Shown here in pieces: positions 31,853 to 42,560 of a stretch of DNA of 50,841 bases. Origin of the DNA: Hyphomonas sp. (lineage in GTDB: Bacteria > Pseudomonadota > Alphaproteobacteria > Caulobacterales > Hyphomonadaceae). How positions within the stretch are numbered: the stretch's first letter is position 1; each line of letters starts with the position of its first letter. The notes beneath the pieces are model-generated. The model was not told the origin of the DNA. It saw only the letters and a list, made by a program, of their open reading frames with translations, and made no database searches. Location of the stretch: assembly GCA_041739025.1 (NCBI GenBank), contig JBGSOU010000457.1, positions 1-50,841 on the forward strand, written 5' to 3'. The position numbers and the translations under genes are program-made.

Positions 31853-34800
31853 TCAGGCCGCCCGGCGGGGGATAACCCGTTCGACACCGGGAATTTCCTT
31901 CAGGGCCCTCTGGGCCCGCAGGCTAATTGTATAGGTCTGGGGCAGCCTGACGGTGACCAGCCGGCCGTTCTCCAGGGGCATTTCCAGTAGGATTGCCCCC
32001 CGGTCCGGGTCTGCAAGCCCCTCAAGGCGTCCGACAACCCGCGCAATCTCCACCGGGTTTGCTCCCGAGGACAGGCGCACGACCAACGATCCGGACGGCT
32101 TCGAGATGCGCGCCGATTCGAGCTCGACCGCCCGTTCCAGCAGCAGGCGGGTTTCTTCGCCATTTTGCTTGACCGACACGGTTACGGCGACGGCCTTGCC
32201 TGGCTTCAGAAGGTCACCGAACTGCAGCAGCCCCTCGGAATAGACAGTGATTTCGCATTCACCCGTCGGATCGGACATCGTCAGGAACGAGAACTTGTTG
32301 CCATTCCGGCTCGTCTTGTCATTGCGGGCCCGAACGATGCCGATCATTTCGAGGGGGCGCCCCTCCCCTGCACGCTCGGCAATTTCCATCACCAGTGTGA
32401 TGCGATCCCGGTCGAGCGACGTGAGCACATCATCGAGCGGGTGGCCTGAGAAATAGAAGCCGATGGACCGGAATTCCTCATCCAGTTTCTGCTGCGCGGT
32501 CCACGGCCGGGGGACCGGAAGCGGTGGGCGCAGCGCCGGCTCGGCGTCTGCAAACAGCCCTCCCTGACCGCCCTGCCGGTCGCCGGCAGAGCTCGTCGCG
32601 TGCTGGGAAAGTACGCTTGCCGACTCCAGAACCTTCGCCCGGTTGGGCTCCAGCCCGTCCAGCGCGCCGGCCCGGGCGAGAGATTCGAACGCCTTCTTGT
32701 TGACCTGGCGGGGATCGATCCGCTCGGCAAAATCATACAGATCCGCGAACAACCCTCCCTCGGCGCGCACCGCCACGACATGTCGCATCGCCTCGACACC
32801 AACGCCTTTGAGGGCGCCAAGCGCGTAAACGATAGCGCCGTCGCGAACATCAAAATCTGCCGAAGATGAATTGATGTCAGCGGCTAGCACCTTGATCCGC
32901 AGCCGCTTCGCTTCCTGGAAGAAGGCCGCGAGCTTGTCGGTGTTGCCGATATCCAGGCTCATCGACGCGGCGAGAAATTCGACCGGGAAATGGCATTTGA
33001 GGAAAGCCGTCTGGTAGCCGATCAGCGCATAGGCAGCGGCGTGCGATTTGTTGAAACCGTACCCGGCGAACTTCTCCATCGTGTCGAAGATTTCGTTGGC
33101 TAGCCGCTCGGCCATGCCCTTCGTCTTCGCTGCGCCATCAACGAAACGGTTTCGCTGCGCAACCATTTCCTCGATCTTTTTCTTACCCATCGCCCGGCGC
33201 AAAAGGTCAGCTTCGCCCAGCGAATAGCCTGCAACCTCCTGCGCCATGCGCATGACCTGTTCCTGATAGACCGGCACGCCGTAGGTCGCTTCCAGAACGG
33301 GCCGCAGATCCGGATGCTGATACGTGACCGAGGATGGATCCTCCTTGCCCTGAACATAGACCGGAATGTTCTCCATGGGTCCGGGGCGGTAAAGCGAGAT
33401 GATCGCGATCACATCTTCGATGTTGTTCGGCCGCACGCGCTTCAGCGTGTCGCGCATGCCCGCGCCTTCAAGTTGGAACACGCCAAGTGTTTCGCCACTT
33501 GCCATCAGGTCGTAAGACGGCGCGTCATCAAGACTCTTCCAGGCGGGGCCAAGTACCTTACCGTCCGCGGCGATGAATTTCAGCGCCCGGTCGATCACCG
33601 TCAGCGTCTTGAGGCCGAGGAAGTCAAACTTCACGAGGCCGGCCATCTCCGCATACTTCATGTTGAACTGCGAGGCCGGCAGTTCCGCACGCGGATCGTT
33701 GTACAATGGAACAAGGTTGACCAGCGGACGGTCTGCAATCACGACACCGGCGGCATGGGTGCCTGCGTTGCGGTACAAGCCTTCGAGCGCGCGGGCGATT
33801 TCGATCAGCTCCCCGACACGGGCGTCTGCTGCAATCTCATCGTCAAACTTTGGCTCACCGGCGATCGCCTCGTCCAGCGTGGGCGGCTTGGCCGGGTTGA
33901 ACGGAATGAGCTTGGCGAGGCGATCTACCTGGCCGTACGGCATCTGCATGACGCGGCCCACATCGCGCACGACCGCTTTCGCCTGAAGCGTGCCGAACGT
34001 GATGATCATGGCTACGCTGTCGGCGCCGTATTTGTCCCGGACATAGCGGATCACTTCGCCGCGCCGTTCCTGACAGAAGTCGACGTCGAAGTCAGGCATC
34101 GAGACGCGCTCGGGATTCAGGAAGCGTTCGAACAGGAGGTCGAAGCGGATCGGATCAAGGTCCGTGATCAGCAGAGACCAGGCCACCAATGAGCCCGCGC
34201 CTGAGCCCCGTCCAGGTCCCACCGGAATGTCATGCTGCTTGGCCCACTTGATGAAATCCGACACGATCAGGAAGTAGCCCGGAAACCCCATGCGTTCGAT
34301 CACGCTCAGCTCGAACTCAAGCCGTTCGGCATACGCCTCCCGTTCCGCATAAAGACGATCCGCTTCCTTCAACCTGAACTCCAGACCTTCGCGGGCCTGC
34401 AATTTGAGTTCATCGCTTTCGGAGCGTCCGTCACGCACGAAGTTTGGAAGGATCGGGCTGCGCGTTTCAGCCCGAATCGCGCAGCGGCGCGCGATCTCCA
34501 TGGTGGCATTGATCGCCTCAGGCAAATCTGAAAACAGCTCAAGCATCTCGCCCGGCGATTTCAGGTATTGGGACGGATCGACGCGCTTGCGATCGTCCTG
34601 CCCCAGATACTCGCCATTCGCGATGCACATAAGTGCATCATGCGCAACGACATCACCGGGGCTCATGAACCGGGCATCGTGGGTGGCCACGATAGGCAGA
34701 CCGAGTTCGTAGGCGAGGTCGAGCAAGCCAGCCTCGCTCTTCAGCTCTGCGCTGGTGCCGTGGCGCGTGATCTCGACATAGCATCGATCCGGGTACGCGG

Positions 34801-35275
34801 CAGCAAGTGTGGAGAGTTCGGTGCGCGCATCGCCGATGCGGTTCTTCAGGATATGGCGCGCGACTTCACCTTCGGCACCGCCCGTCAGCAGGATCAAACC
34901 GTCTGTATCCTCCAGCAACAGGCGGCGATGCAGTTTCGGCACGCCGTCCGGCGCGTCGAGGAAGGCGCGCGACGAGAGGAACATCAGGCGCTGGTAGCCG
35001 GTCTCATTCTGCGCATAGACAGAAACGCGCGTCGGCTCCGACCGCGGCACGCCGTCGGTGATGTCAAAGCAGCAGGCCATGATCGGCTGCACGCCAGACT
35101 CCGCCAGCTTCAGTGAAAGCTCGAGCGCCCCGAACAGGTTGTTCCGGTCGGTGACCGCCGCCGCAGGCACCTCATGGCGCTTGCACCATTTGGCGATGTC
35201 GCCGGGCGTGATCATGCTTTCGAGCAGTGAATAGCTCGAACGGATCGCCAGAGGAATGAAAACCGGTTGGCCCAT
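31853..35275 (-). CDS. dnaE: DNA polymerase III alpha subunit
   Basis: PHP domain (SYSLL, AVTDRNN), VGPGRGSGAGSLVA, FERFLNPERVSMPDFDVDF, KFDFLGL, YGFNKSHAAAY and OB fold; 1140 aa, no intein evident. Confidence 0.98.
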   Translation of the reverse strand: MGQPVFIPLAIRSSYSLLESMITPGDIAKWCKRHEVPAAAVTDRNNLFGALELSLKLAESGVQPIMACCFDITDGVPRSEPTRVSVYAQNETGYQRLMFLSSRAFLDAPDGVPKLHRRLLLEDTDGLILLTGGAEGEVARHILKNRIGDARTELSTLAAAYPDRCYVEITRHGTSAELKSEAGLLDLAYELGLPIVATHDARFMSPGDVVAHDALMCIANGEYLGQDDRKRVDPSQYLKSPGEMLELFSDLPEAINATMEIARRCAIRAETRSPILPNFVRDGRSESDELKLQAREGLEFRLKEADRLYAEREAYAERLEFELSVIERMGFPGYFLIVSDFIKWAKQHDIPVGPGRGSGAGSLVAWSLLITDLDPIRFDLLFERFLNPERVSMPDFDVDFCQERRGEVIRYVRDKYGADSVAMIITFGTLQAKAVVRDVGRVMQMPYGQVDRLAKLIPFNPAKPPTLDEAIAGEPKFDDEIAADARVGELIEIARALEGLYRNAGTHAAGVVIADRPLVNLVPLYNDPRAELPASQFNMKYAEMAGLVKFDFLGLKTLTVIDRALKFIAADGKVLGPAWKSLDDAPSYDLMASGETLGVFQLEGAGMRDTLKRVRPNNIEDVIAIISLYRPGPMENIPVYVQGKEDPSSVTYQHPDLRPVLEATYGVPVYQEQVMRMAQEVAGYSLGEADLLRRAMGKKKIEEMVAQRNRFVDGAAKTKGMAERLANEIFDTMEKFAGYGFNKSHAAAYALIGYQTAFLKCHFPVEFLAASMSLDIGNTDKLAAFFQEAKRLRIKVLAADINSSSADFDVRDGAIVYALGALKGVGVEAMRHVVAVRAEGGLFADLYDFAERIDPRQVNKKAFESLARAGALDGLEPNRAKVLESASVLSQHATSSAGDRQGGQGGLFADAEPALRPPLPVPRPWTAQQKLDEEFRSIGFYFSGHPLDDVLTSLDRDRITLVMEIAERAGEGRPLEMIGIVRARNDKTSRNGNKFSFLTMSDPTGECEITVYSEGLLQFGDLLKPGKAVAVTVSVKQNGEETRLLLERAVELESARISKPSGSLVVRLSSGANPVEIARVVGRLEGLADPDRGAILLEMPLENGRLVTVRLPQTYTISLRAQRALKEIPGVERVIPRRAA

Positions 35276-35298
35276 GGTGCTTACCTCGCAAGGGCACA

Positions 35299-35339
35299 GA
35301 CTCTCACCGAATCACCCCGAACGCCAATGGCGATTCGGC
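35299..35339. promoter_or_regulatory. Three GANTC (CcrM) sites, two of them in an 11-bp imperfect inverted repeat, upstream of dnaE
   Basis: GACTC 35299-35303, GAATC 35309-35313 and GATTC 35332-35336. Repeat arms ACCGAATCACC (35306-35316) and GGCGATTCGGC (35329-35339). Confidence 0.55.
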
Positions 35340-35354
35340 GTCTTCCACAGGCTG

Positions 35355-36044
35355 TTACTCGGTGTAGTCGACCAGCTTGCCGTCCTGAAGCGTCAGAACC
35401 CGGTCCATATGCCGGATCAGCGCCAGGTTGTGCGTTGCCACGAGCACGCCGGCGCCTTCTTCTCGCACCATCTTGATCAGCGTCGCGAAAACCCGCTCGG
35501 TCGTGGCCGGATCGAGGTTTCCTGTCGGCTCGTCGGCAATCACCAGGCGGGGGTCATTGGCCAGCGCACGGGCTATGGCGACGCGCTGTTGTTCGCCGCC
35601 GGACAACTGGGCGGGCTGGTGAAACAGGCGCTCTGCCAGCCCCATCTCGTCCAGCAAAGCCGAAGCCCGCTCACGCGCCACCTTCCGGCTTTTGCCGGCA
35701 ATCATCAGCGGCATCGCCACGTTATCGACCGCATTGAACTCCGGCAGCAGGTGGTGGAACTGGTAGACGAAGCCAATTTTTGTCCGGCGAATGGCGGTGC
35801 GCCCGTCTTCGTTCAGCTTCAGGCAATCAATGCCGTCCAGCAGCACATCGCCGGCTTCCGGACGTTCAAGCAGTCCGGCCGTGTGCAGCAGCGTGGATTT
35901 GCCGGAACCGGACGGCCCGACCAGACCGACGAGTTCACCCGGTGCGATGCGAAGATCGGTCCCCTGCAGGACATGCAAGGCCCCGGCGCTGGTCCGGTAG
36001 GTGCGCTCGATCGACTTCAGCTCGAGAACGGGTGCGGCGGTCAT
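35355..36044 (-). CDS. lolD: Lipoprotein-releasing ABC transporter ATPase
   Basis: [22 protein letters not shown] (LolD motif), LSGGEQQR and [11 protein letters not shown] 36044 overlaps the upstream stop. Confidence 0.95.
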   Translation of the reverse strand: MTAAPVLELKSIERTYRTSAGALHVLQGTDLRIAPGELVGLVGPSGSGKSTLLHTAGLLERPEAGDVLLDGIDCLKLNEDGRTAIRRTKIGFVYQFHHLLPEFNAVDNVAMPLMIAGKSRKVARERASALLDEMGLAERLFHQPAQLSGGEQQRVAIARALANDPRLVIADEPTGNLDPATTERVFATLIKMVREEGAGVLVATHNLALIRHMDRVLTLQDGKLVDYTE

Positions 36045-37327
36045 TCGAACCTCAGTGCTTTGACAGGGTCCTGGGACGAGGCCCAGATCGCCGGGATCAT
36101 CGAGACGAACATCGACATCAGCAAAGCGTAGGAACCGGTGCTGAATACTTCGCCCCAATCCAGGATCGCCGGAAGATGATCGAGTCCGTATTGCTCGGCC
36201 GGGAACACTTCACCGTCGATGGCCAGATTGATCAGCGCCTCGATCGGGCCGATGTTCAGGATGAACAGGATGCCGACCACCATGCCGAGCAATGCGCCGA
36301 GCGAGCCCAGCGCCGTGCCCACCATCAGGAACACGCGCAGCACCCCGGCGCGGCTGAGCCCGATGGTGCGCAGGATCGCAATGTCGCGCGTCTTGTTTTT
36401 GACGAGCATGACGACGCCGACGATGATGTTCAGCGTCGCAATCATCATGATGATGGTCACCAGCAGGCGCACCATGACCCTCTCGGTCCGCAGCGCGCCC
36501 AGATAGGTCCGGTTCTTGGTTTTCCAGTCCCGCATCAACAGGCCGTAACTCGTCGCGTCCGTGATGCGCTGCATGGCCACCTCGGTCGCATCCGGATTTT
36601 TCACACGAACGTCGAGATACTGGAACCGGCCTTTCGACTGGAACAGGATCTGCGCCTGCTGCATCGGCATGAAGACATAGACGTTGTCGAGTTGCGCACT
36701 CCCGGTACGGAAGATATCGCCTACGACGTAGGATTTGCTGATCGGCGTCTGCCCGACCGGACCGGAGCGCATCTGGGTCGTGACAACCTCAACCTGATCC
36801 CCCACCCCGAGCCCGAGATTGGCGGCCAGATACTGACCGATCATGATGACGTTGCCGCCATTGCGGCCCTCGCCAAAGCCGTTTCCAACAGCTGTCGAGC
36901 CGCCATCCTTGAAGATTGGCATGGTTGGAAGGTCGGCCGGCGGAATGGCCCGTACAACCCCGCCAGTGCGCACACCGTTCGCCGAAAGCAGCACGAATTG
37001 CTCGATGTAAGGCGAGACGCTGATGGTATCCGGAACGGTCTTGATCTCGCCCGCAATCCTGCTCGCCTCGGCTTCCGGAAGTCCATCGACCGCCACGGCA
37101 ATGTGAGGCTCGCCGCCCAGCAAAGCGTCGAGCAGGGTCGCGCGGAATCCGCTCATGATCGACATCGTGATGATCAGCGCGGCAACCGCAAAGAAGATGC
37201 CGACAAAGGAAATGATCGCGATCAAGCTGGCGCCGCCATGTTCACGGCGCGCGAGCAGGTAGCGCCAGGCAAGCGTGCGCTCAAGCCGCCCGAAGGGTGC
37301 CGCCGCTTTCGCGCCGTTGTTTGTCAC
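36041..37327 (-). CDS. lolE: Lipoprotein-releasing ABC transporter permease LolC/E
   Basis: [25 protein letters not shown] and DPVKALRFE; adjacent to lolD. Confidence 0.9.
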   Translation of the reverse strand: MTNNGAKAAAPFGRLERTLAWRYLLARREHGGASLIAIISFVGIFFAVAALIITMSIMSGFRATLLDALLGGEPHIAVAVDGLPEAEASRIAGEIKTVPDTISVSPYIEQFVLLSANGVRTGGVVRAIPPADLPTMPIFKDGGSTAVGNGFGEGRNGGNVIMIGQYLAANLGLGVGDQVEVVTTQMRSGPVGQTPISKSYVVGDIFRTGSAQLDNVYVFMPMQQAQILFQSKGRFQYLDVRVKNPDATEVAMQRITDATSYGLLMRDWKTKNRTYLGALRTERVMVRLLVTIIMMIATLNIIVGVVMLVKNKTRDIAILRTIGLSRAGVLRVFLMVGTALGSLGALLGMVVGILFILNIGPIEALINLAIDGEVFPAEQYGLDHLPAILDWGEVFSTGSYALLMSMFVSMIPAIWASSQDPVKALRFE

Positions 37328-38640
37328 GAAGCAATCCTCCGCACCGCATCTTCTGCGGACAGTTCGGTCTTTTCGCCAGTCCGGCGGCGCTTCAGTTCGA
37401 CCACGCCCTTTTCGAGCCCCTTGGGACCGATCACGATCTGCCAGGGCAGGCCGATGAGATCCATCCGCGCAAACTTCGCGCCGGCGCGGTCATCCGTGTC
37501 GTCATAAAGCGTCTCGATGCCGGCGTTTTCGAGCTGGGCATAGAGCGCCGCGCAGGCGGCGTCGCAGGCCGCATCACCTGCGCGCATGTTGATCAGGCCG
37601 ACCGTGAACGGCGCCACGGCGTCCGGCCAGATGATGCCGTTCTCGTCATGGCTGGCTTCGATGATGCCGCCGACGAGGCGAGAGACCCCGATACCGTAGC
37701 TGCCCATCTGAACCGGAACCATTTGACTGTCCGGCCCCTGCACTACCGCGTTCATCGGGGCAGAATACTTGGTGCCAAAATAAAAGATGTGGCCGACTTC
37801 AATGCCACGCGCCGAAACGCGCCGCTCTTCCGGCAGCGCATTGAACGCGGCCTCGTCGTGCATTTCTTCGGTCGCCGCGTAGTGCCGCGTGCGTTCCTCG
37901 ACAACCGGGACGAGGTCACCGCTGAAGTCCAAATCCAGACCGGGCGCCGGCATGTCCAGCAAGGCCCGGTCGCAGAACACGGCGCTTTCGCCAGTGTCGG
38001 CCAGAATGATGAATTCATGGCTGAGGTCGCCACCAATCGGGCCGGTATCGGCGCGCATCGGAATCGCGGTCAGGCCCATCCGACCGAACGCGTTCAGGTA
38101 GGCGCAAAACATCTTGCGGTAAGACTGGCGGGCGCCCTCTTCGGTCAAGTCGAACGAATAGGCATCCTTCATCAGGAATTCGCGGCCGCGCATGACGCCG
38201 AAGCGGGGGCGGACTTCGTCGCGGAACTTCCATTGCTGGTGATACAGGTTCACCGGCAACTGCTTGTAGCTCTTCACATACGTGCGGAACACGTCCGTGA
38301 TCAGCTCTTCATTGGTCGGGCCGTAGAGCATCTCGCGGTCATGCCGATCCTTGATCCGCAGCATTTCCTTGCCATAGGCCTCATACCGGCCCGACTCGCG
38401 CCAGAGATCGGCCTGCTGCAGCGTCGGCATCAGCATTTCAACCGCGCCGGCCCGGTTCATTTCCTCGCGCACGATCTGTTCGATCCGCTTCAGCACCTTG
38501 AACCCCAGCGGCAGCCAGGAATAGATCCCCGCGCCATTCTGACGGATCATGCCCGTGCGCAGCATCAACTGGTGTGACACGATCGAAGCGTCCGCCGGCG
38601 CTTCCTTTGAGACCGGCAAAAAGTAGTTCGACAGACGCAT
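37324..38640 (-). CDS. proS: Proline--tRNA ligase (short form lacking the INS editing domain)
   Basis: [47 protein letters not shown] and [10 protein letters not shown]; 438 aa. Start at ATG 38640. Confidence 0.97.
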   Translation of the reverse strand: MRLSNYFLPVSKEAPADASIVSHQLMLRTGMIRQNGAGIYSWLPLGFKVLKRIEQIVREEMNRAGAVEMLMPTLQQADLWRESGRYEAYGKEMLRIKDRHDREMLYGPTNEELITDVFRTYVKSYKQLPVNLYHQQWKFRDEVRPRFGVMRGREFLMKDAYSFDLTEEGARQSYRKMFCAYLNAFGRMGLTAIPMRADTGPIGGDLSHEFIILADTGESAVFCDRALLDMPAPGLDLDFSGDLVPVVEERTRHYAATEEMHDEAAFNALPEERRVSARGIEVGHIFYFGTKYSAPMNAVVQGPDSQMVPVQMGSYGIGVSRLVGGIIEASHDENGIIWPDAVAPFTVGLINMRAGDAACDAACAALYAQLENAGIETLYDDTDDRAGAKFARMDLIGLPWQIVIGPKGLEKGVVELKRRRTGEKTELSAEDAVRRIAS

Positions 38641-38664
38641 CTTGAGGATCTCTTTCGGGCTTTT

Positions 38665-38691
38665 CCTGACCGGGCTCACTAGCCGGTCAGG
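38665..38691. repeat. 9-bp perfect inverted repeat (hairpin) between DUF1467 and proS
   Basis: CCTGACCGG (38665-38673) / CCGGTCAGG (38683-38691) with a 9-nt loop. No U-tract in the transcribed (minus) direction. Confidence 0.6.
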
Positions 38692-38694
38692 CTG

Positions 38695-38928
38695 CTATTG
38701 CGCAAGCAGGCGGGGAATGATGAGCGCAGCGAGGAACGTGACGACTGCAGCGCCCATCGAGGCCCAGATCACCTTTTTCACGAGCATCGGCTGCACCGGT
38801 GCGGCCTCTTCCGTGCCGGGAATCGTGGAATCGTTCTCCCACTGGCCTTTCACGCCAATGGGCAGGACCGCCAGAAAGCAGATCCACCAGGCGAGGACAA
38901 AGACGATGACAGCGCCGGTAATCGACAT
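38695..38928 (-). CDS. DUF1467 family small membrane protein
   Basis: 77 aa with two TM segments and the W-x-x-x-x-x-x-VLPIGV...PGTE-x-x-AP pattern; conserved slot between mce and proS. Confidence 0.8.
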   Translation of the reverse strand: MSITGAVIVFVLAWWICFLAVLPIGVKGQWENDSTIPGTEEAAPVQPMLVKKVIWASMGAAVVTFLAALIIPRLLAQ

Positions 38929-39356
38929 CAGTGATGGCCCTTAGGTGTTTCCATAAGTTCAACCAGAACACCGTTGGAGTTCTTCGGGTGAACAAAGATG
39001 ATCATTGTGCCGTGCGCACCGATCCGCGGCTTGCCGAGAACAGTCGCGCCACGTTTTTCCATCTCCGTGACCGCCTCGTTGATATCGGCTACCTCGAAGC
39101 AGACATGGTGCTGGCCGCCGGCGGGGTTCTTCTTGATGAAGTTCGCGATGGGCGAAGCCTCGCTCAAGGGTTCGATGAGCTCGATCTGGCTGTTCGGCAG
39201 GTTCACGAAGCAAACCTTCACGCCCTGTTCGGGCATGTCGAACGGCGTCGTGATGTCCGTCGCGCCGTAAAGGTCGCGGTAGGTCTGGCAAGCCTGTTCC
39301 AGGTTCGGAACAGCCACACCGACATGGTTCAACGGGCCAATCTTGAAGTCGCTCAT
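38928..39356 (-). CDS. mce: Methylmalonyl-CoA epimerase
   Basis: LNHVGVAV, IELIEPL, GGQHHVCFEV, IGAHG and FVHPK...GVLVEL. Confidence 0.93.
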   Translation of the reverse strand: MSDFKIGPLNHVGVAVPNLEQACQTYRDLYGATDITTPFDMPEQGVKVCFVNLPNSQIELIEPLSEASPIANFIKKNPAGGQHHVCFEVADINEAVTEMEKRGATVLGKPRIGAHGTMIIFVHPKNSNGVLVELMETPKGHH

Positions 39357-39362
39357 GATGCT

Positions 39363-41048
39363 TCAGCTCCTCAGTACAATCACTTCAATCAGGGGACGGA
39401 TCCCGAATTCGGCTTCACAGGCCTTGCGCAAAGCGCGGCCGACAACTTTCTCGATGACCTCGTCATCATGCCGGTCGCGCCGCTTGATGCCCTCAAGCGC
39501 CCGGGCTGCCGCTTCATCCAGCGGCTCAAGGCTTTCATCGGCTACCCGGCCATCCGACTCCGACAGACCTTTGACGGCGATCACCGGCCCATCGACCACC
39601 GCGCCGGATTCATCGAGGCATACGGTCGCCATGATCAGACCGCTTACCGACAGGCGGCGGCGCTGGATCAGGCCTTCAGCCGCTTCGGGCACAAGCCGCG
39701 CGCCATCCAGCAACAGGCGGCCTGACGGCACTTCGTCCACGATCTCGGGCTCGCCGGGGGCAAGCCGGATCAGGCTGCCATTTCGCGGCATCAGCGCCGA
39801 CTTGACCTGCAGTGATTTTGCATAGGCCGCGTGTTCCATGATGTGGCGGCGCTCGCCATGCACCGGAATGGCAACCTGCGGACGGACCCATTGGTACATC
39901 CGGCGCAGTTCATCCCGGCACGGATGGCCCGACACGTGAATCGGTTCGGGTATCATGCGCGGCGTGATGATCCGGATGCCCTGCTCGGCCAGCGAGTTCT
40001 GCAAGGCATAAACCGACGTCTCATTTCCCGGGATCAGGCGAGATGAAAAGATGACGGTATCATTCTCGCTGAGCGAAACATTGCGGTGATCGCCCCGCGC
40101 AATCCGCGCGAGCGCGGCGTTCGCCTCGCCCTGGCTGCCGGTGCACAGGTACAGAATGTTCTCGGGCGGCAGATAACCGGCTTGGGACTCGTCCACGAAC
40201 TCAAGGTTGGCCGGAAGGATGCCGACCGCCTTCGCAGCGTCCGTGATCTTGTGCATGCTCCGCCCGACGAGGCAAACATCGCGTCCCGCGAGATTGGCCG
40301 CCTCGATGATCGACTTCACGCGCGCCACGTTCGACGCAAAGGTGGTCACGGCTACTGCGCCGGTCTGCTTGGCGATCAGGTCGATCAACCCCTTGCGGAC
40401 GGTGTCTTCCGAGCCGGCTTCGCCGTTTTCGAAAACGTTGGTTGAATCGCACACCATCGCCAGGACGCCGCGATCCCCCAGGGCCGTCAAACCGGCAATG
40501 TCGGTCTTGGCACCAACCAGGGGCTCGGGATCAATCTTCCAGTCGCCGGTATGCAGGATGAGACCGGCCGGCGTGTCGATCGCCAGAGCGTTGGGCTCTG
40601 GAATGGAGTGCGTCAGCGTCACGTAGCGGACCGAAAACGGACCCGCCTTGACCGTCGCTTCCAGGGATATCGTCTTGAGCAGACGCGTATCAACGCCGCG
40701 CTCCAGCATTTTGCCGCGCACCAGTTCCGCCGTGAACGGCGTGGCATAGATGGGCGCTTTCGTCCTCAGCATGGGATACAGGAGACCGATTGCGCCGATA
40801 TGGTCCTCGTGCGCGTGAGTCAGGAAGACGGCCTCGATGGTCTCCCCGACCAGATAGGCCGGATCGGCGCAGATCAGGTCCACACCCGGCGTATCCATGC
40901 CGCCGAAGGTTACGCCAACGTCCACGATGATCCAGCGCCGGTCGTGCGGCGGGCCATAGCCATACGCATTCAGGTTCATGCCGATCTCGCCGCACCCGCC
41001 GAGCGGCAGGAACACAAGTTCGTCGGTCGTAGCGGCGCTATCAGGCAT
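39363..41048 (-). CDS. rnj: Ribonuclease J
   Basis: PLGGCGEIGMN, THAHEDHIG, HSIPE, HTGDWK, TGSQGE, HVSGH and PVHGE. Confidence 0.96.
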   Translation of the reverse strand: MPDSAATTDELVFLPLGGCGEIGMNLNAYGYGPPHDRRWIIVDVGVTFGGMDTPGVDLICADPAYLVGETIEAVFLTHAHEDHIGAIGLLYPMLRTKAPIYATPFTAELVRGKMLERGVDTRLLKTISLEATVKAGPFSVRYVTLTHSIPEPNALAIDTPAGLILHTGDWKIDPEPLVGAKTDIAGLTALGDRGVLAMVCDSTNVFENGEAGSEDTVRKGLIDLIAKQTGAVAVTTFASNVARVKSIIEAANLAGRDVCLVGRSMHKITDAAKAVGILPANLEFVDESQAGYLPPENILYLCTGSQGEANAALARIARGDHRNVSLSENDTVIFSSRLIPGNETSVYALQNSLAEQGIRIITPRMIPEPIHVSGHPCRDELRRMYQWVRPQVAIPVHGERRHIMEHAAYAKSLQVKSALMPRNGSLIRLAPGEPEIVDEVPSGRLLLDGARLVPEAAEGLIQRRRLSVSGLIMATVCLDESGAVVDGPVIAVKGLSESDGRVADESLEPLDEAAARALEGIKRRDRHDDEVIEKVVGRALRKACEAEFGIRPLIEVIVLRS

Positions 41049-41054
41049 CAGGTC

Positions 41055-41822
41055 TCAACGGTTCCGTTTCCAGACTTCCAGCAAACCGCGGATCAGGACA
41101 TCCTGATCGTAATGGTCGATGGTTTCGCTCGCGCCTTCGAATAGGGAGGCTACCCCTCCTGTGGCGACGACGGTCATGGGCGCACCATACTCGGCTTTGA
41201 TCCGGCGCACGAGCCCATCAATCAGCTCAATATACCCAAGGAAAACACCGGACTGCATTGCCGAGACCGTATCCTTGCCGATCACCTGCGCGGGTTTCTG
41301 GATTGCGATCCGTGGGAGTTGGGCCGCCGCTTCATGTAGCGCGCGCATCGACAAATAGATTCCGGGCGAAATGATGCCGCCCTCAAACCCGCCATCGGCG
41401 CCGACGACATCCAGCGTGGTCGCCGTCCCGCTGTCGATGACGATCAAGGCTCCGGGATACTTCACATGGGCACCCAGCGCCGATGCAATCCGATCCGCCC
41501 CGACCTGCTCGGGGTGGCGCACCCGCAGTGCAACGCCGGTTTTCAGATCAGGGTCGCCAATGAACATCGGTTCGACATTCAGATAGCGCCGGGCGAGGTT
41601 GCGAAAGTTGAACTGGGCCTGAGGTACAACGGTCGAGATGACACAACCCTTGGTCTTGGCCATGTCGACCCCATGCATGTCGGCAAGGCGCCACAACCAG
41701 GACGCGTGATCATCCGCCGTCTTGGTTGAATCCGTGGCGCTGCGCCAGCTGTGGATCCAGTCATCCCCGTCATGGAGGCCGAAGACCGTATTCGTGTTTC
41801 CTACGTCAATTGCGAGCAGCAT
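41055..41822 (-). CDS. coaX: Type III pantothenate kinase
   Basis: AIDVGNT, GADR, DSGTATT, GGIISPG and ATGG. Confidence 0.95.
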   Translation of the reverse strand: MLLAIDVGNTNTVFGLHDGDDWIHSWRSATDSTKTADDHASWLWRLADMHGVDMAKTKGCVISTVVPQAQFNFRNLARRYLNVEPMFIGDPDLKTGVALRVRHPEQVGADRIASALGAHVKYPGALIVIDSGTATTLDVVGADGGFEGGIISPGIYLSMRALHEAAAQLPRIAIQKPAQVIGKDTVSAMQSGVFLGYIELIDGLVRRIKAEYGAPMTVVATGGVASLFEGASETIDHYDQDVLIRGLLEVWKRNR

Positions 41823-41828
41823 GTCGCC

Positions 41829-42560
41829 TCAGCTCCTGCGAATTTCAACTTCACCGGCACTTATGGAGCGCCGCGTACCGTCCGGCAATCGAACCACCAT
41901 GGTGCCGTCCGGACCGAGGTCTTCGAAAACACCGTCAAACGCAACGTCACCCGCGCGAATGTGATGCACCTCGCCCAGCCCCTCGGCGCTCGCACGCCAG
42001 TCTTCCCGGATCTCGGTGAAGCCCTTGCGGGCCTGTTCCAGCCGTTTGGCGAAAGCGATGCGCAAGGCGTGCATCACCGGATCCAGCCCCATCGAGGCCG
42101 GCATGCCGAGTTCGACCAGGCTTGTGGCAGGTTGGGTCACGTTCTCCGGAACCGCCAGAACGTTCACGCCAATGCCCGCCGCGATCCAGAAATCACTGCC
42201 GGATCCACCTGTTTCGAGCAGGATGCCGGAGACTTTCTTCTTCTCGATGCGTACATCGTTCGGCCATTTCAGCCGCGCTTCGGCCGCCGGAGCGTGCTCG
42301 CGCACGACATCCCGAACGGCGAGCGCGCAAGCAAAAGGCAAACGCAGCGCAATCGGCAAGCCGCCAGGTTCGCGGAACAGCGCAGTCGCGTAGACATTGC
42401 CTTCCGGTGAAAGCCATTGCCTGTCCTGCCGGCCACGGCCTGCCGTCTGCTGTGCAGCGGTGATCCACTGGTCATGAAAGCCAGACTGGACGCGTCGTTT
42501 CGCTTCCGTGTTCGTGCTGTCGATGATGCCCATCCGGTAAACGGGCCAGATCTCGCTCAA
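41829..42560 (-). CDS. birA: Biotin--[acetyl-CoA carboxylase] ligase (group I, no DNA-binding domain)
   Basis: DSTN, QTAGRGR, W-x-[15 protein letters not shown] and GIGVN. Confidence 0.95.
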   Translation of the reverse strand: MSEIWPVYRMGIIDSTNTEAKRRVQSGFHDQWITAAQQTAGRGRQDRQWLSPEGNVYATALFREPGGLPIALRLPFACALAVRDVVREHAPAAEARLKWPNDVRIEKKKVSGILLETGGSGSDFWIAAGIGVNVLAVPENVTQPATSLVELGMPASMGLDPVMHALRIAFAKRLEQARKGFTEIREDWRASAEGLGEVHHIRAGDVAFDGVFEDLGPDGTMVVRLPDGTRRSISAGEVEIRRS

